The notes under the pieces were generated by a model. That model was not told where the DNA came from and made no database searches. It saw only the letters and a program-made list of their open reading frames with translations. 64,000 bases of DNA from Nitrospirota bacterium (GTDB lineage: Bacteria > Nitrospirota > Nitrospiria > Nitrospirales > Nitrospiraceae). The stretch covers positions 96,001 to 160,000 of the forward strand of contig CAVPBK010000006.1 of assembly GCA_963701855.1 (NCBI GenBank), written 5' to 3'. Made by a program: the position numbers and the translations under genes. Below are positions 50,334 through 60,570 of the stretch, one piece after another. The stretch's first letter is position 1, and every line of letters begins with the position of its first letter.

Positions 50334-50609
50334 TTGATGGGCATGCGAACAGCTCTGAATCGAAAAGTCCAGCCCCTACAGGAGGAGATCGACACCGAAC
50401 TCCTCACACCTCGGCAGCGTGATATCCTTCGCCTGGTGTCGATCGGGCACACGAACCGTGAGATTGCGCAGGTGCTGGATATCAGCGTGCGCACGGTCGA
50501 AGTGCACCGATTCAACTTGATGCGACGGTTGAACGTGCGAAACGTGGCGCAACTACTGCGACGATCTCTGCAGTTGGGTCTCCTTGCCAAGACGTTCGGG
50601 GCCAAGTAG
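50334..50609 (+). CDS. Stand-alone LuxR-type HTH regulator
   Basis: LTPRQ..IL...G.TNREIA..L.IS.RTVEVHR. Confidence 0.9.
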   Translation: MMGMRTALNRKVQPLQEEIDTELLTPRQRDILRLVSIGHTNREIAQVLDISVRTVEVHRFNLMRRLNVRNVAQLLRRSLQLGLLAKTFGAK

Positions 50610-50610
50610 C

Positions 50611-51537
50611 CTATAACTCCTTCAGCTTGCCCCGGCAGTCCTCCAACTTCGCATACCCCTTCTTGCTGAGCTGAGCCGCCAGTTCCGTTTCCAATCGGCC
50701 AAACACGTCGATCCCTTCCTCGACCAACACCGTCCCGATCTGCACGGCCGACGCGCCACACAGCATATGTTCGAAGGCATCCACGCCGTTGACCACACCG
50801 CCGGTCCCGATAATCGACATGCGTCCTTCAAAGATTTTCCAAAAAGCCCGCACGTTGGCCAATGCGACCGGCTTGATGATCGTGCCACCCAGTCCACCGA
50901 ACCCACCCTTAGGCTTGATGACGACCGCCTCGTGCTCAGGATCGACGACGAGCCCGTTCCCGACCGAGTTAATCAGGTTGAGAAAATCGACCCCGCAACG
51001 GCCAATTACCTTTCCCATTGCTTGATGATGGGCAGGATCGAAATAGGGAGGCAGCTTGACTCCCATCGGAACCGTGATCACCTTACGAACCCGCCTCAGC
51101 AGGCGCTCGGAGGCTTCGACGTCATATCCGATCTGAGGTTTGCCTGGAATGTTGGGACAAGAGAGATTGATTTCGATCAAGTCCGGCTTCACCGCATTGA
51201 TCGTGGCCGCAATCGTCGTGAAATCGTCTTCACAGAGACCTGCCACACTGGCGATAACCGGCTTTCCAAGTCTCTTCAATTCAGGAATGAGTGCGGCATA
51301 CGCCTTGTATCCGAGATTGGGCAAGCCCATGGAGTTGATGGACCCGCCGGGAAATCCAACATACCGGGGTGTCGGATTGCCGTCGCGAGGCTCAACCGTC
51401 ATCGACTTGGTGACGATGGCCCCGGCCCGAGATCGACCGAGAGCCAGCAGTTCGTCACGCGTGACACAGAGCGCTCCCGAGGCATTCATGAAACAGCTGG
51501 GAAATCGTACACCGGCAATGGAGGTCGACAGATCCAT
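50611..51537 (-). CDS. pyrD: Dihydroorotate dehydrogenase, class 1A-like
   Basis: MNASG, NSMGLPNLG, NLSCPNIPGKPQ, GVKLPPY, GGLGG, GTGGV. Confidence 0.93.
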   Translation of the reverse strand: MDLSTSIAGVRFPSCFMNASGALCVTRDELLALGRSRAGAIVTKSMTVEPRDGNPTPRYVGFPGGSINSMGLPNLGYKAYAALIPELKRLGKPVIASVAGLCEDDFTTIAATINAVKPDLIEINLSCPNIPGKPQIGYDVEASERLLRRVRKVITVPMGVKLPPYFDPAHHQAMGKVIGRCGVDFLNLINSVGNGLVVDPEHEAVVIKPKGGFGGLGGTIIKPVALANVRAFWKIFEGRMSIIGTGGVVNGVDAFEHMLCGASAVQIGTVLVEEGIDVFGRLETELAAQLSKKGYAKLEDCRGKLKEL

Positions 51538-52253
51538 CACGCGACCACCGTGGTAGGCTCGCGCTGCGTTCTCGTCATAAGCCGCCCATCCTTCATGGCC
51601 CAAATATAATCTGCCGCCGCAGCAGCCTCGGTGCTGTGGGTGACCAACAGCACGGTTTGGCAGAAGCGCTGAACGAGCGACCGAAGGAGAACGATGATCT
51701 CGGCCCCATGCTGGGAGTCCAAATTGCCGGTCGGCTCATCGGCAAGAATGATCTGGGGCTGATGCACAATCGCTCGCGCAATCGCCACACGCTGCTGCTC
51801 TCCGCCCGAGAGCTCGCTGGGGCGATGATGTCGTCGTGCGGTCATCGAGACCAACTCGAGCACCTCCTCGACGCGAACCTGGACCGATGTCCCTCGTTCC
51901 CCGCGCAGCAACAAAGGAAACGCGACATTCTCCGCAGCCGTCAACCCGGGAATCAAATGGAATGATTGGAAGACAATCCCGACTGTCTCCCGCCTGATCC
52001 TCGTCCAGTCATCGCTCGTGAATCGACTGGTTGAACGCCCTCCGAGGAGGATATCCCCTGAAGTCGGCACATCCAATCCGCCAACCAGATTAAGCAGCGT
52101 ACTTTTCCCGCAGCCGCTGGGACCGATAAACGCACAGAACTCTCCCTTTCCCACTTCAACAGAAACCTTATCGAGCCCTGTGATGCGGTCGCCACCCCGC
52201 TCATAGATCTTCGACACTTGGTCGAATGTCACCATCGTGATCTGCTTCTCCAT
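51537..52253 (-). CDS. ABC transporter ATP-binding protein (LolD/MacB type)
   Basis: [27 protein letters not shown]; its TGA overlaps the pyrD ATG. Confidence 0.93.
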   Translation of the reverse strand: MEKQITMVTFDQVSKIYERGGDRITGLDKVSVEVGKGEFCAFIGPSGCGKSTLLNLVGGLDVPTSGDILLGGRSTSRFTSDDWTRIRRETVGIVFQSFHLIPGLTAAENVAFPLLLRGERGTSVQVRVEEVLELVSMTARRHHRPSELSGGEQQRVAIARAIVHQPQIILADEPTGNLDSQHGAEIIVLLRSLVQRFCQTVLLVTHSTEAAAAADYIWAMKDGRLMTRTQREPTTVVA

Positions 52254-52441
52254 TCGTATCCAAACCTGTAGAATAGGCAGGCGCGGCAGGCTGATCTGAT
52301 TCATCTGGTTTGTTTTGTTCGTTTGGTTAATCTAGTTCAACCAAACAGACCAAACAAACCAGAGAAACCATCCATTTTCGCGCATCGCTCGCGCCTATCC
52401 TGCTGCCTTCGTATATCACAACCATTTACAGAGCAACAACC

Positions 52442-52470
52442 TTGACAGGCGCGGCACATTCCCATAGAAG
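52442..52470 (+). promoter_or_regulatory. Sigma-70-type promoter candidate for comF
   Basis: TTGACA-17-TAGAAG. Confidence 0.5.
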
Positions 52471-52508
52471 AAGCGCACGGACTCGTTAGTTGGAGCGTTT
52501 CCCCTGCG

Positions 52509-53330
52509 ATGTTACGTGAAGACACACAGGATCGACTCGTCGGGTGGTGCCGTCAGGCCCTCCGTTTTGTGTTGCCGGTCGAATGTATCACCTGTGGCCG
52601 GTCCCTCAGCACTGATCCGGTGCCCTTCTTCTGTACCGCGTGTTGGCACACCATCCGCCCGCTCCAGCAGCCAGTGTGTGCCCGCTGCGATCAGCCGTTT
52701 GTCTCGCCGGCGGCCACGGCCTATACCCCGAACCACCAATGTCAAGACTGTATAGAACGGCCGCCGGATTTTGAACGGGCCTGGACCCTTTTCCCCTATC
52801 TTCCGCCACTGCGGGAAGCCATCTGCGCATTCAAATATCGAGGCAAACATACATTGGCGCGGCCACTCGCGCGCCTGATGATCAGCGCCCTGCCAAGCGG
52901 GATCGATGTCGATGTGATTATTCCTGTACCCTTACACCCGGCCCGCTTACGATCGCGTGAATTTAATCAATCGTTGCTGCTGGCCGATCAGCTCAGCCAT
53001 CACTTAGCCCGGCCAGTTTTAACCACGAACCTCGCCAGGATCGCCGCCACTGATCCCCAAACCACATTAACGCGGCAGGCACGGTTGCGAAATCTACGGA
53101 AAGCGTTTGAAATCCGTAGACCGCAGGACCTCGCGGAGAAACGCATCCTCCTCGTGGACGATGTCTTCACCACTGGTACGACGTTGAACGAATGCGCGAA
53201 GACTTTAAGAAATGCCGGCGCCGGGCCAGTCTTTGCCCTGACGCTGGCCAGGACGGTCGATACGGGGCTGGTGCCGGATCGTCTCTTTGCCGAACAGGCT
53301 CAACAGTCCCTGACGACCATGGGAATATAA
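52509..53330 (+). CDS. comF: ComF-family protein
   Basis: Double zinc ribbon, PVPLH, REFNQS, LLVDDVFTTGTT. Confidence 0.92.
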   Translation: MLREDTQDRLVGWCRQALRFVLPVECITCGRSLSTDPVPFFCTACWHTIRPLQQPVCARCDQPFVSPAATAYTPNHQCQDCIERPPDFERAWTLFPYLPPLREAICAFKYRGKHTLARPLARLMISALPSGIDVDVIIPVPLHPARLRSREFNQSLLLADQLSHHLARPVLTTNLARIAATDPQTTLTRQARLRNLRKAFEIRRPQDLAEKRILLVDDVFTTGTTLNECAKTLRNAGAGPVFALTLARTVDTGLVPDRLFAEQAQQSLTTMGI

Positions 53331-53333
53331 TCG

Positions 53334-53678
53334 ATGCCGTTATACGAATACCGCTGCCTCGACTGTAAGAAGTGCAGCACAGTCCTTGTATTAAGCCTGG
53401 CCAAACAGGCGCCGGCAGCCTGTTCCCATTGCGCGAGCGCACGAGTTGAACGAATCTTGTCTCGATTTGCCTCCCCGAAATCCGAAGAGGCTCGCCTTGA
53501 CGCTTCTTTGGACCTCAATAATCTTGCGGGACTCGATGAAAACAATCCACAGAGCATGGCTCGATTCATGAAAACAATGGGCAAGGAGATGGGCGAGGAT
53601 CTCGGTGACGATCTCTCAGAAGCAATGGAGTCGGATGAGACCGGCTCTGTAGAACCGGATAACACTGGCAGCCTATGA
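53334..53678 (+). CDS. FmdB-family zinc-ribbon protein
   Basis: MPLYEYRCLDC...CSHC. Confidence 0.85.
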   Translation: MPLYEYRCLDCKKCSTVLVLSLAKQAPAACSHCASARVERILSRFASPKSEEARLDASLDLNNLAGLDENNPQSMARFMKTMGKEMGEDLGDDLSEAMESDETGSVEPDNTGSL

Positions 53679-53730
53679 CAGGAATTGTCATGTATTTTCA
53701 CTTGACAGATCGTTCGAGTTTGCCTACCCT
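53675..53730 (+). promoter_or_regulatory. Palindromic operator plus sigma-70 promoter upstream of the HTH gene
   Basis: ATGACA-GGAAT-TGTCAT (53675-53691); TTGACA-17-TACCCT (53702-53730). Confidence 0.55.
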
Positions 53731-53788
53731 GACGACAGTGTCCGGAGCCTCATGAGGCATATGGATCTCTATCGAACCAGGTTTTTCA

Positions 53789-53986
53789 ATGGCCAAAGAG
53801 CCCAAGAGCGAGCTGATGACGGCAGAGGAGACCTGCCACTATCTCAAAATCACCCCTCGCACACTCTATCGTTATCTACGGAGCCGCCAGATTCCCGCCT
53901 TCAAGCTTGGAAAAGAATGGCGCTTCGTACGCTCGGATCTGGAACAATGGATTCGCGATCGCACCAGAACCACGTTAGCGTCGTAA
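53789..53986 (+). CDS. Excisionase-like HTH DNA-binding protein
   Basis: LMTAEE...YLKI..RTLYR....IPAFKLGKEWRF. Confidence 0.88.
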   Translation: MAKEPKSELMTAEETCHYLKITPRTLYRYLRSRQIPAFKLGKEWRFVRSDLEQWIRDRTRTTLAS

Positions 53987-54002
53987 AGGACAACCTACAT
54001 TG

Positions 54003-54443
54003 ATGTTCGCCGGTGAATATCTGTGCAAAGTGGATGAGAAGGGGCGGTTTATCGTCCCCTCGCCGATTCGTGAGCAGATTGAGTCTGAGGGACAGGCCGT
54101 CGTCTTCCTCAAGGGCCCCGAGGAATCGACGCTCATCTACTCCATGAAAGAGTGGGAAAAGGTTCTCGAACGGACGAAAGCCACGCTCGATGAAGACCAG
54201 AGTCGCCTGTTCATGCACTTCGTCGTGTCGGAAGCCGGCACATCGGAAATCGACAAAGCCGGACGCATTTTGATTCCTAGCCGGCTCAGAAAAATTATTC
54301 CGTTGGATGAGGACCAGGAAATCATTTTGGTTGGTTTGTACCATCGCATGGAGATCTGGAATCCGAGCACATGGCGCCGGTATATCGGCCAATCCGAAGA
54401 GCGATACGAGCAGAATATGTCCAAGATCCTCAACCTCCTGTAA
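54003..54443 (+). CDS. mraZ: MraZ-family transcriptional regulator
   Basis: Two AbrB-like repeats: VDEKGRFIVP and IDKAGRILIP; MEIW. Confidence 0.85.
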   Translation: MFAGEYLCKVDEKGRFIVPSPIREQIESEGQAVVFLKGPEESTLIYSMKEWEKVLERTKATLDEDQSRLFMHFVVSEAGTSEIDKAGRILIPSRLRKIIPLDEDQEIILVGLYHRMEIWNPSTWRRYIGQSEERYEQNMSKILNLL

Positions 54444-54454
54444 CCCTGACGCGC

Positions 54455-55033
54455 ATGCCTACGTTTCAGCGCCCGCCTCGGATTCCTTCCTCTCCACGGG
54501 CCGTTCGTATGACCTCCTACCGGAACCCGGACAAGAAGGCCGCGGTGTCACGTATCGCACCGAGAACAACTCCAAAGTCCCGTATGCCTGGAATCTCCCC
54601 ATCACCGCATCCACCGACAGAACATTATGCGGTCGCCTTGACCCTCCCTGTGCCTCCCAGCGTGAACCATCAATATGCCACAGTGAACGGACGACGATTA
54701 ATCTCTTCCGTTAGTCGTGCCTATAAGGCCCAGGTAGGGCAACTTGTGTGGCTGAAGTTGGCGCAGTCCTCTCACCGAGCTGCCCTACTTGCACGGCTCC
54801 AATCAGAGTGGCTCACCCTCTCCATCCGATTCTATTTTACCTCGGCCCTGCGACGAGACGTCGATGGCGGGCTCAAGATCGCGCAGGACGCCCTCTGTGA
54901 AGGGCTCAGCATCAACGACAACCGCATCGTCGAAACCCACCTCTACAAGCACGTCGATAAGAACAATCCTCGAATCGAGATCTCTCTTTCAGCCTCATCT
55001 GCTCCCGAGGTTAATCCAATCTTCACATCGTAG
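54455..55033 (+). CDS. RusA-family Holliday junction resolvase-like protein
   Basis: PPSVNH, RRDVDGGLKIAQDAL, NDNRI. Confidence 0.8.
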   Translation: MPTFQRPPRIPSSPRAVRMTSYRNPDKKAAVSRIAPRTTPKSRMPGISPSPHPPTEHYAVALTLPVPPSVNHQYATVNGRRLISSVSRAYKAQVGQLVWLKLAQSSHRAALLARLQSEWLTLSIRFYFTSALRRDVDGGLKIAQDALCEGLSINDNRIVETHLYKHVDKNNPRIEISLSASSAPEVNPIFTS

Positions 55034-55121
55034 CCTCCCTTCTAAAAACTGTACCCTAAAGTATTTCCTCCATCTTGCCGAATAGAGAACACCATTGCCT
55101 TGCCCAATACGCAAACAAAGC

Positions 55122-55280
55122 TCCACAATCTTTATGGCACTAAGTCAAGACCGGAACGGGGACACCTCTCTGAGCCAACACGCCCTCACAACCTGCGCAC
55201 TCTCTCTTCTGATTGGGAAGACCTTTAACTTTAATCCGCTTGAACTCCGCGAATTGGCAACAGCCGCAGTTTCATGAATC
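55122..55280 (+). pseudogene. Remnant of a paralogous HD-GYP gene
   Basis: IFMALSQDRNGDTSLSQHALTTCALSLLIGKTFNFNPLELRELATAA aligns with TFMAMSHGRHLDASFNNHSLAVCTLATIIGQALGYDLMKLHELATGA of the downstream gene. Confidence 0.65.
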
Positions 55281-55356
55281 GTGCAGACTGCTCGGATTCA
55301 AGATCCGAGTATGGCGAACCGATAGGGGATCGTCGGCTCTTGCCCGATCCCACTTC

Positions 55357-56592
55357 ATGATCGATCGGTGTGGAATGCGCAAACGTATCCCTCTGCATCA
55401 ACTTCAGGTTGGAATGTATGTGGCAGGGATCGACTGCTCGTGGTTCCGTACCCCGTTTCTGAGACACCGATTTCTGGTTCAAACCATCGAGCAGGTTGAA
55501 CGTTTGCGGCGATCCAATATCCACGCCGTGGATATCGACTCCTCCAAAGGACTCGATGTGACGTCCTTCCCGATAGCCGAAGCGGCTCTCCACACGATTG
55601 GCTTACAGACCTCCATCCAAATAGCCCCGGTCCAGGATGCACCCCGTTCAGTTGAAACACTGCGCCAGGAACTCATAACGGCCCAAGAGACGCGTGACAA
55701 ACTGATTCAGTCGGTCAAAACCGTCTTCGACGAAATCAGTAAAACGGGCGCCGCAAGGCCAGAACCGGTCAACGAAGCCGTACAGGAAATCACCATCGTC
55801 ACGCGAACCCTCAGCACCCACGCCACATTCATGGCAATGAGCCATGGACGGCATCTCGATGCCTCCTTCAATAACCATAGCCTCGCCGTCTGCACACTGG
55901 CAACGATTATCGGCCAAGCTCTGGGATATGATCTGATGAAGCTCCACGAGTTGGCGACCGGTGCGTTACTGCATGACATCGGGTTGTTTCAACTTCCCCG
56001 CCATCTATTCCGCACATCGACTCCCCTCTCCGGTGAAGACCTGGCAGCCTTTCGCCACCATCCACGGCTCGGCGCCATTGCGATTGAGTCTCAACGCGAG
56101 TTCCCCCAGACCGTCCGCCGAATCGCTGCTGAGCACCATGTCACACTCGATGGGCAAGGCTATCCCGCTGAAACATCGGCAGGCTCCACAGCGGAAGCAA
56201 GTCGCATTGTGATGATCGCGGATCGATACGATGAGTTACTGACCGGATTCGGAGGGCTCCAACCGCGGCCTTCTCACACAGCAATTCAACAATTATTTCA
56301 AGAAGGAGAATTCGGCCGTCTCGACCTTCATCTCGTGTCCCTGTTCATCAAGCTGGTTGGCATCTATCCCGTCTACAGCGTCGTGGAGCTCAATACGAAA
56401 GAACGGGGAATGATCATCGCGATTAATCCCACCACCCTGCATCAGCCGATCCTCGTGTTAACCTATGACGAGACAGGCAACCTATACCGAAATCCGCTCA
56501 CGATCGATCTCTCCAACCAGAACCAGCCTCCCATGCGGTCTATTGAACGTGTGGTCATATCAAAATCAAGGGAAGCAAGTCGCGCAGCGTAA
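55357..56592 (+). CDS. HD-GYP domain protein with DUF3391-like N-terminus
   Basis: LQVGMYV..ID.SW..TPFL, LLHDIG, HH.TLDGQGYP, GIYPVYSVVELN. Confidence 0.88.
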   Translation: MIDRCGMRKRIPLHQLQVGMYVAGIDCSWFRTPFLRHRFLVQTIEQVERLRRSNIHAVDIDSSKGLDVTSFPIAEAALHTIGLQTSIQIAPVQDAPRSVETLRQELITAQETRDKLIQSVKTVFDEISKTGAARPEPVNEAVQEITIVTRTLSTHATFMAMSHGRHLDASFNNHSLAVCTLATIIGQALGYDLMKLHELATGALLHDIGLFQLPRHLFRTSTPLSGEDLAAFRHHPRLGAIAIESQREFPQTVRRIAAEHHVTLDGQGYPAETSAGSTAEASRIVMIADRYDELLTGFGGLQPRPSHTAIQQLFQEGEFGRLDLHLVSLFIKLVGIYPVYSVVELNTKERGMIIAINPTTLHQPILVLTYDETGNLYRNPLTIDLSNQNQPPMRSIERVVISKSREASRAA

Positions 56593-56763
56593 CTAGGCTG
56601 TTATTTGGTTTTTTGGTTCATCTTGTTTATTTTGTTGAACCAGACCAGCCAGGTTTGTCCCAGACGTGCATACATTCGAAGTTCTGCTGCGCCAAAATGG
56701 TTTTCTCACAACCTGCTAAGGCCCTGTGCTGGACAAGAGTCACCAGATCTCCAAGACCTTCGC

Positions 56764-57999
56764 CTATTCGTACCGGAGCGCTTCAATAGGATTGAGGCGA
56801 GCAGCCTTGTTGGCAGGGTACAATCCGAAGAACAGGCCCACCACGAGTGAGAAGAAGAACGCGAGGACGATAACGTTGCCGGAAATGATGGTCGGCCAGC
56901 CGGCAATCAGCGTCGTCAACTTCGCCCCGGTAATCCCCAAAGCGATCCCCAACACGCCTCCCACCAGGCTCAGCGTCATGGCTTCGATCAGGAACTGCAT
57001 CACAATGTGCCGGCGTTTCGCCCCCACCGCCATGCGGACACCGATCTCTCTCGTCCGTTCCGTCACGGACACGAGCAAGATATTCATAATGCCGATCCCG
57101 CCGACTAACAGGGACACCGAGGCAATGGCGAACAACATCATGGTCAGGGTTTCACTGGTGCCTTCTTGAACCTTCCCGATATCGACCTGCGTCCTGATCG
57201 TAAAGTCGTCGTCCTGCTCCGTCTGAAGCCGGTGCCGCGCCCGCAACACCTCTCGAATCTGTTCTGCAGCCATCGGCAAATCCTCGACCTGATCAGTCGA
57301 GCCGAACATCGCCCCGACGGACCCAATAAATGACGTCCCGAACACCTTCCGTTCTGCCGTGCTGAAGGGGATAAAAATCACATCGTCTTGGTCAGACCCT
57401 TGCGCAGACTGGCCTTTCGGCGAAAGAACTCCGATGACACGGAACGGCACGTTCTTGATGCGAATCACTGCCCCCACCGGCTCTTCGCCTGGCTCAAACA
57501 GATTCCCCACGATAGTTTGGCCGATGAGCGCAACTCGGGCGGCGCTATCCAAGTCAGTCTGAGTAAAGGGGCCTCCACTCGTAAAGGACCAATCACGAAT
57601 CGTCAGATAACTCGGTGAGATGCCGTTGATCGGTCCGTTCCAATTCCGGTTCCCATAAACAATTTGCATGACATCGCGCTTGGCCCATCCGGTATCGGCC
57701 AGTAAAGGAATGCGCTTCTTCAAGTCCAAGGCGTCGGACACCGTAAGTGTCACGGCGCTCCCCTGACTCCCTCGTACGCCGCTCGCAGAAGTCACCCCAG
57801 GAAAGATGACAATGACGTTCGTACCCATCGTCGCAATCTGCGCTTGCACGGCCCTCTTGGCGCCTTCGCCGATACTCACCATTGCAATGACCGCCGCCAC
57901 ACCGATAACGATCCCGAGCATCGTAAGACCGGCACGCATCCGATTCCGAGCTAAGATCCGCAACGCGGTCAGAATGGTGAGCCACACAAACGCCGACAT
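56764..57999 (-). CDS. MacB-like ABC permease
   Basis: LTMLGIVIGVAAV, GGIGIMNILLVSVTERTREIG, PIEALRYE. Confidence 0.93.
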   Translation of the reverse strand: MSAFVWLTILTALRILARNRMRAGLTMLGIVIGVAAVIAMVSIGEGAKRAVQAQIATMGTNVIVIFPGVTSASGVRGSQGSAVTLTVSDALDLKKRIPLLADTGWAKRDVMQIVYGNRNWNGPINGISPSYLTIRDWSFTSGGPFTQTDLDSAARVALIGQTIVGNLFEPGEEPVGAVIRIKNVPFRVIGVLSPKGQSAQGSDQDDVIFIPFSTAERKVFGTSFIGSVGAMFGSTDQVEDLPMAAEQIREVLRARHRLQTEQDDDFTIRTQVDIGKVQEGTSETLTMMLFAIASVSLLVGGIGIMNILLVSVTERTREIGVRMAVGAKRRHIVMQFLIEAMTLSLVGGVLGIALGITGAKLTTLIAGWPTIISGNVIVLAFFFSLVVGLFFGLYPANKAARLNPIEALRYE

Positions 58000-58004
58000 C
58001 TAGC

Positions 58005-58265
58005 AGCCCTCATTATTCATGACGGTTCGTCGCGAAATCCCTGAGCCGCGTCGCGAGACCAGCGCGCGGAGCCCGGGGGACTGACACCCTTCCCCGCGTC
58101 CGCGCGTGGTGCCTGTCCCTGTTCGGACGGGGACAGGCGCCAGGAAGAAGGGCGCCTGTCCCCACAAGTACGGTGAGGGGCCGAGGAGCGAGCCCGCTGG
58201 TCGAAGGCTCGTCGTAGCAGCGGATCGGCGATTGTAGTAGAAGCGTTCATGATTAATGCGGGCTA
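58005..58265. mobile_element. Palindromic MITE family B with nested insert
   Basis: AGCCCTCATTATTCATGA ... TCATGATTAATGCGGGCT terminal inverted repeats; extra GGGGACTGACACC...GCGCCTGTCCC segment relative to the 61532 copy. Confidence 0.7.
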
Positions 58266-58988
58266 TACCTCAACTGGGCTGGGCATTGGCCGCGCTTTGG
58301 TTACGCGGTCGCTTAACACCTGTCCGTCTTTAATCACAATCTCTCGGGCCGCATAGGCCGCAACATCAACCTCGTGCGTCACTAAAATAATTGTAATCCC
58401 TTCATCGCGGTTCAGCGTATCCAGGACTTTCATAATTTCCTGGCTCGATTGGGTGTCCAGGTTGCCGGTCGGTTCATCGGCAAGAAGCAACGAGGGCGAT
58501 GTGACCAACGCTCGTGCAATCGCCACACGTTGTTGCTGCCCTCCCGACAATTGGGTGGGATAATGGTGCTCTCTACCCTGAAGCCCTACCCGCCCTAACG
58601 CCGCTGCCGCTTGCGCCCGTTGTTCTCTGAGCGAGAGCCCTCGATAGAACAACGGAAGCTGCGCATTTTCGAGCGCGCTGGTTCTGGGAATGAGATTGAA
58701 GCTCTGAAAGACGAACCCGATCTGTTGATTGCGGATGCCGGCCAATTGATCGGGCTTCAGGTTACTTACCTCTATCCCGTTCAGCCGATAGCGCCCCTTC
58801 GTCGGTTGGTCGAGACAACCTAGAATATTCATCAGGGTGGACTTGCCGGAGCCGGAAGACCCCATGATGGCAACAAACTCACCTTGTTCAATCGTGAGGC
58901 TCAGACCGCGCAAGGCTTGGACTTCCATGTCGCCGACACGATAGATCTTCCACACATCCTCACATTCGATCAGCGAGCCCATAGACAT
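58263..58988 (-). CDS. MacB-like ABC ATP-binding protein
   Basis: [34 protein letters not shown]. Confidence 0.95.
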   Translation of the reverse strand: MSMGSLIECEDVWKIYRVGDMEVQALRGLSLTIEQGEFVAIMGSSGSGKSTLMNILGCLDQPTKGRYRLNGIEVSNLKPDQLAGIRNQQIGFVFQSFNLIPRTSALENAQLPLFYRGLSLREQRAQAAAALGRVGLQGREHHYPTQLSGGQQQRVAIARALVTSPSLLLADEPTGNLDTQSSQEIMKVLDTLNRDEGITIILVTHEVDVAAYAAREIVIKDGQVLSDRVTKARPMPSPVEV

Positions 58989-59130
58989 CCCTCGATCTGA
59001 CCTGGTTTTTTCTTTACCACTTCAAAGCACTGGGCAGGGTCGAGGTGCTTTCTCCTGCGCGAGGCCAACGAGCACCTTCCATGGTGTGTGCTGTCTGAGC
59101 ACAGAAAGCACCCGCACCCTGCCCACCCCC

Positions 59131-60414
59131 CTACATCCCACGATTGCGCGAGGAGCCCCGCTGGCCGCCGCTCCCAAATCCTGGAGGCAGGTCGCTCCCA
59201 CTCCGGTCGCCTTTGGGTCGCTCAATCCCCACGACTACAAGTGCGCCTTCAGACAAGCCCTCCGACACAATCTCCGTTGCCAAACCATCAGAAATACCCG
59301 TTTGGATCTGCATAGACTCTAGTTCTCCCGACACGCCCTGCATCCAAACGGTTCGACTAAGCGCCGTGGCTCCCCTGCCGGCGCCCGCTGCCTGCTCTAC
59401 GCCCTTCCCTTTGCTCGGCGTGCCGCTGGACGTGGAGCGATCGGCAGTGCCCGCTGTCGGGGGTGTAAATCGCAACGCGGCATTCGGTACTTTGAGCACG
59501 GCGTCTCGTTGAGCCACAACGATGGAAACGTTCGCGGTCATCCCAGGCTTCAGGCGGAGATCCTGATTATCGACACTGACCACCACGTTGTAAGTCACCA
59601 CATTTTGCACATTGATCGGTGCAAGACGGACCTGACGGATCGTGCCTGAAAATGGATACCCTGGATATGCATCGACTGTGAAGGTGGCCTCCTTCCCTTC
59701 GGTGATCCCCCCGATATCCGACTCACTGACATTGGTGTCGACTTGCATCTTCGTCAGATCGAGTGCGATTAAAAAGAGATTCGGTGTGGCAAAACTAGCT
59801 GCAATCGTTTGACCTACCTCCACATTTCTGGCGACTACGATCCCGTTCACCGGCGAGCGAATGACGGTGTACTTCAAGTCTAACTCTACAGCATTCAACG
59901 CTGCCTCAACCTGTTTCACTTGCGCTCCCGCCACGTTCATCTGCGCCTCAGCCGCCTGGAAATTCGTCGCAGCGACGTCGACATCGTTCTGAGAGACGAA
60001 CTGCTGCGCCACCAACGATTTCACCCGGTCCAGTTCACGCTTGCGTTGAGCCAGGTCGGTTCTGGCTCGTGCGACATTCGCTTTCGACATTTCAAGATTG
60101 CTGACAGCTTGATCGCGACGAGCTCTGAGCGGTTCCGGATCGATGACGGCCACGATATCGCCGGCTTTGACCACCGAATTGAAATCAGCATGCAGGCTCT
60201 TGATCATGCCGGACACTTGGGTCCCAACCTGAACTGAGACGACAGGATTGATCGTTCCTGTCGCAGTCACAAGTGAAATTACGGGGCCTCGCTCAACCGC
60301 GGCACTCCGATAGCGAACAGGGGTTTTACGCTCTCCATTGAAGAAGACATAGCCTCCAATGGCCAGCCCGACCGCCAGAACACTCATGATTAGGATGGCA
60401 CGGCGCATCGACAC
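59131..60414 (-). CDS. MacA-like periplasmic adaptor (membrane fusion protein)
   Basis: VGTQVSG, IRSPVNG, VSESDIG, LKPGMTANV. Confidence 0.93.
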   Translation of the reverse strand: MSMRRAILIMSVLAVGLAIGGYVFFNGERKTPVRYRSAAVERGPVISLVTATGTINPVVSVQVGTQVSGMIKSLHADFNSVVKAGDIVAVIDPEPLRARRDQAVSNLEMSKANVARARTDLAQRKRELDRVKSLVAQQFVSQNDVDVAATNFQAAEAQMNVAGAQVKQVEAALNAVELDLKYTVIRSPVNGIVVARNVEVGQTIAASFATPNLFLIALDLTKMQVDTNVSESDIGGITEGKEATFTVDAYPGYPFSGTIRQVRLAPINVQNVVTYNVVVSVDNQDLRLKPGMTANVSIVVAQRDAVLKVPNAALRFTPPTAGTADRSTSSGTPSKGKGVEQAAGAGRGATALSRTVWMQGVSGELESMQIQTGISDGLATEIVSEGLSEGALVVVGIERPKGDRSGSDLPPGFGSGGQRGSSRNRGM

Positions 60415-60504
60415 CTTCTCCTATTCCTTCGCCTACTTGGTATGCATTGTATCAACAAGGTTGCGGGGGAAGCATCAAGCTGAAACAGCCTCCTTATGGC
60501 TTCG

Positions 60505-60544
60505 TAAAAACGAACAGGCCGTCCGCCACTCGGCGGACGGCCTG
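60505..60544 (-). terminator. Intrinsic terminator
   Basis: CAGGCCGTCCGCC/GGCGGACGGCCTG perfect stem followed on the minus strand by TTCGTTTTT. Confidence 0.8.
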
Positions 60545-60570
60545 CCAGACTCCCCGGGCTATAGCTCCGA

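Noticed and set aside
50767..51609. 280-aa plus-strand ORF
   Set aside because: Antisense shadow of pyrD.
53789..55033. Prophage suggested by excisionase-like and RusA-like genes
   Set aside because: No integrase, structural or lysis genes; composition and context look like core chromosome.
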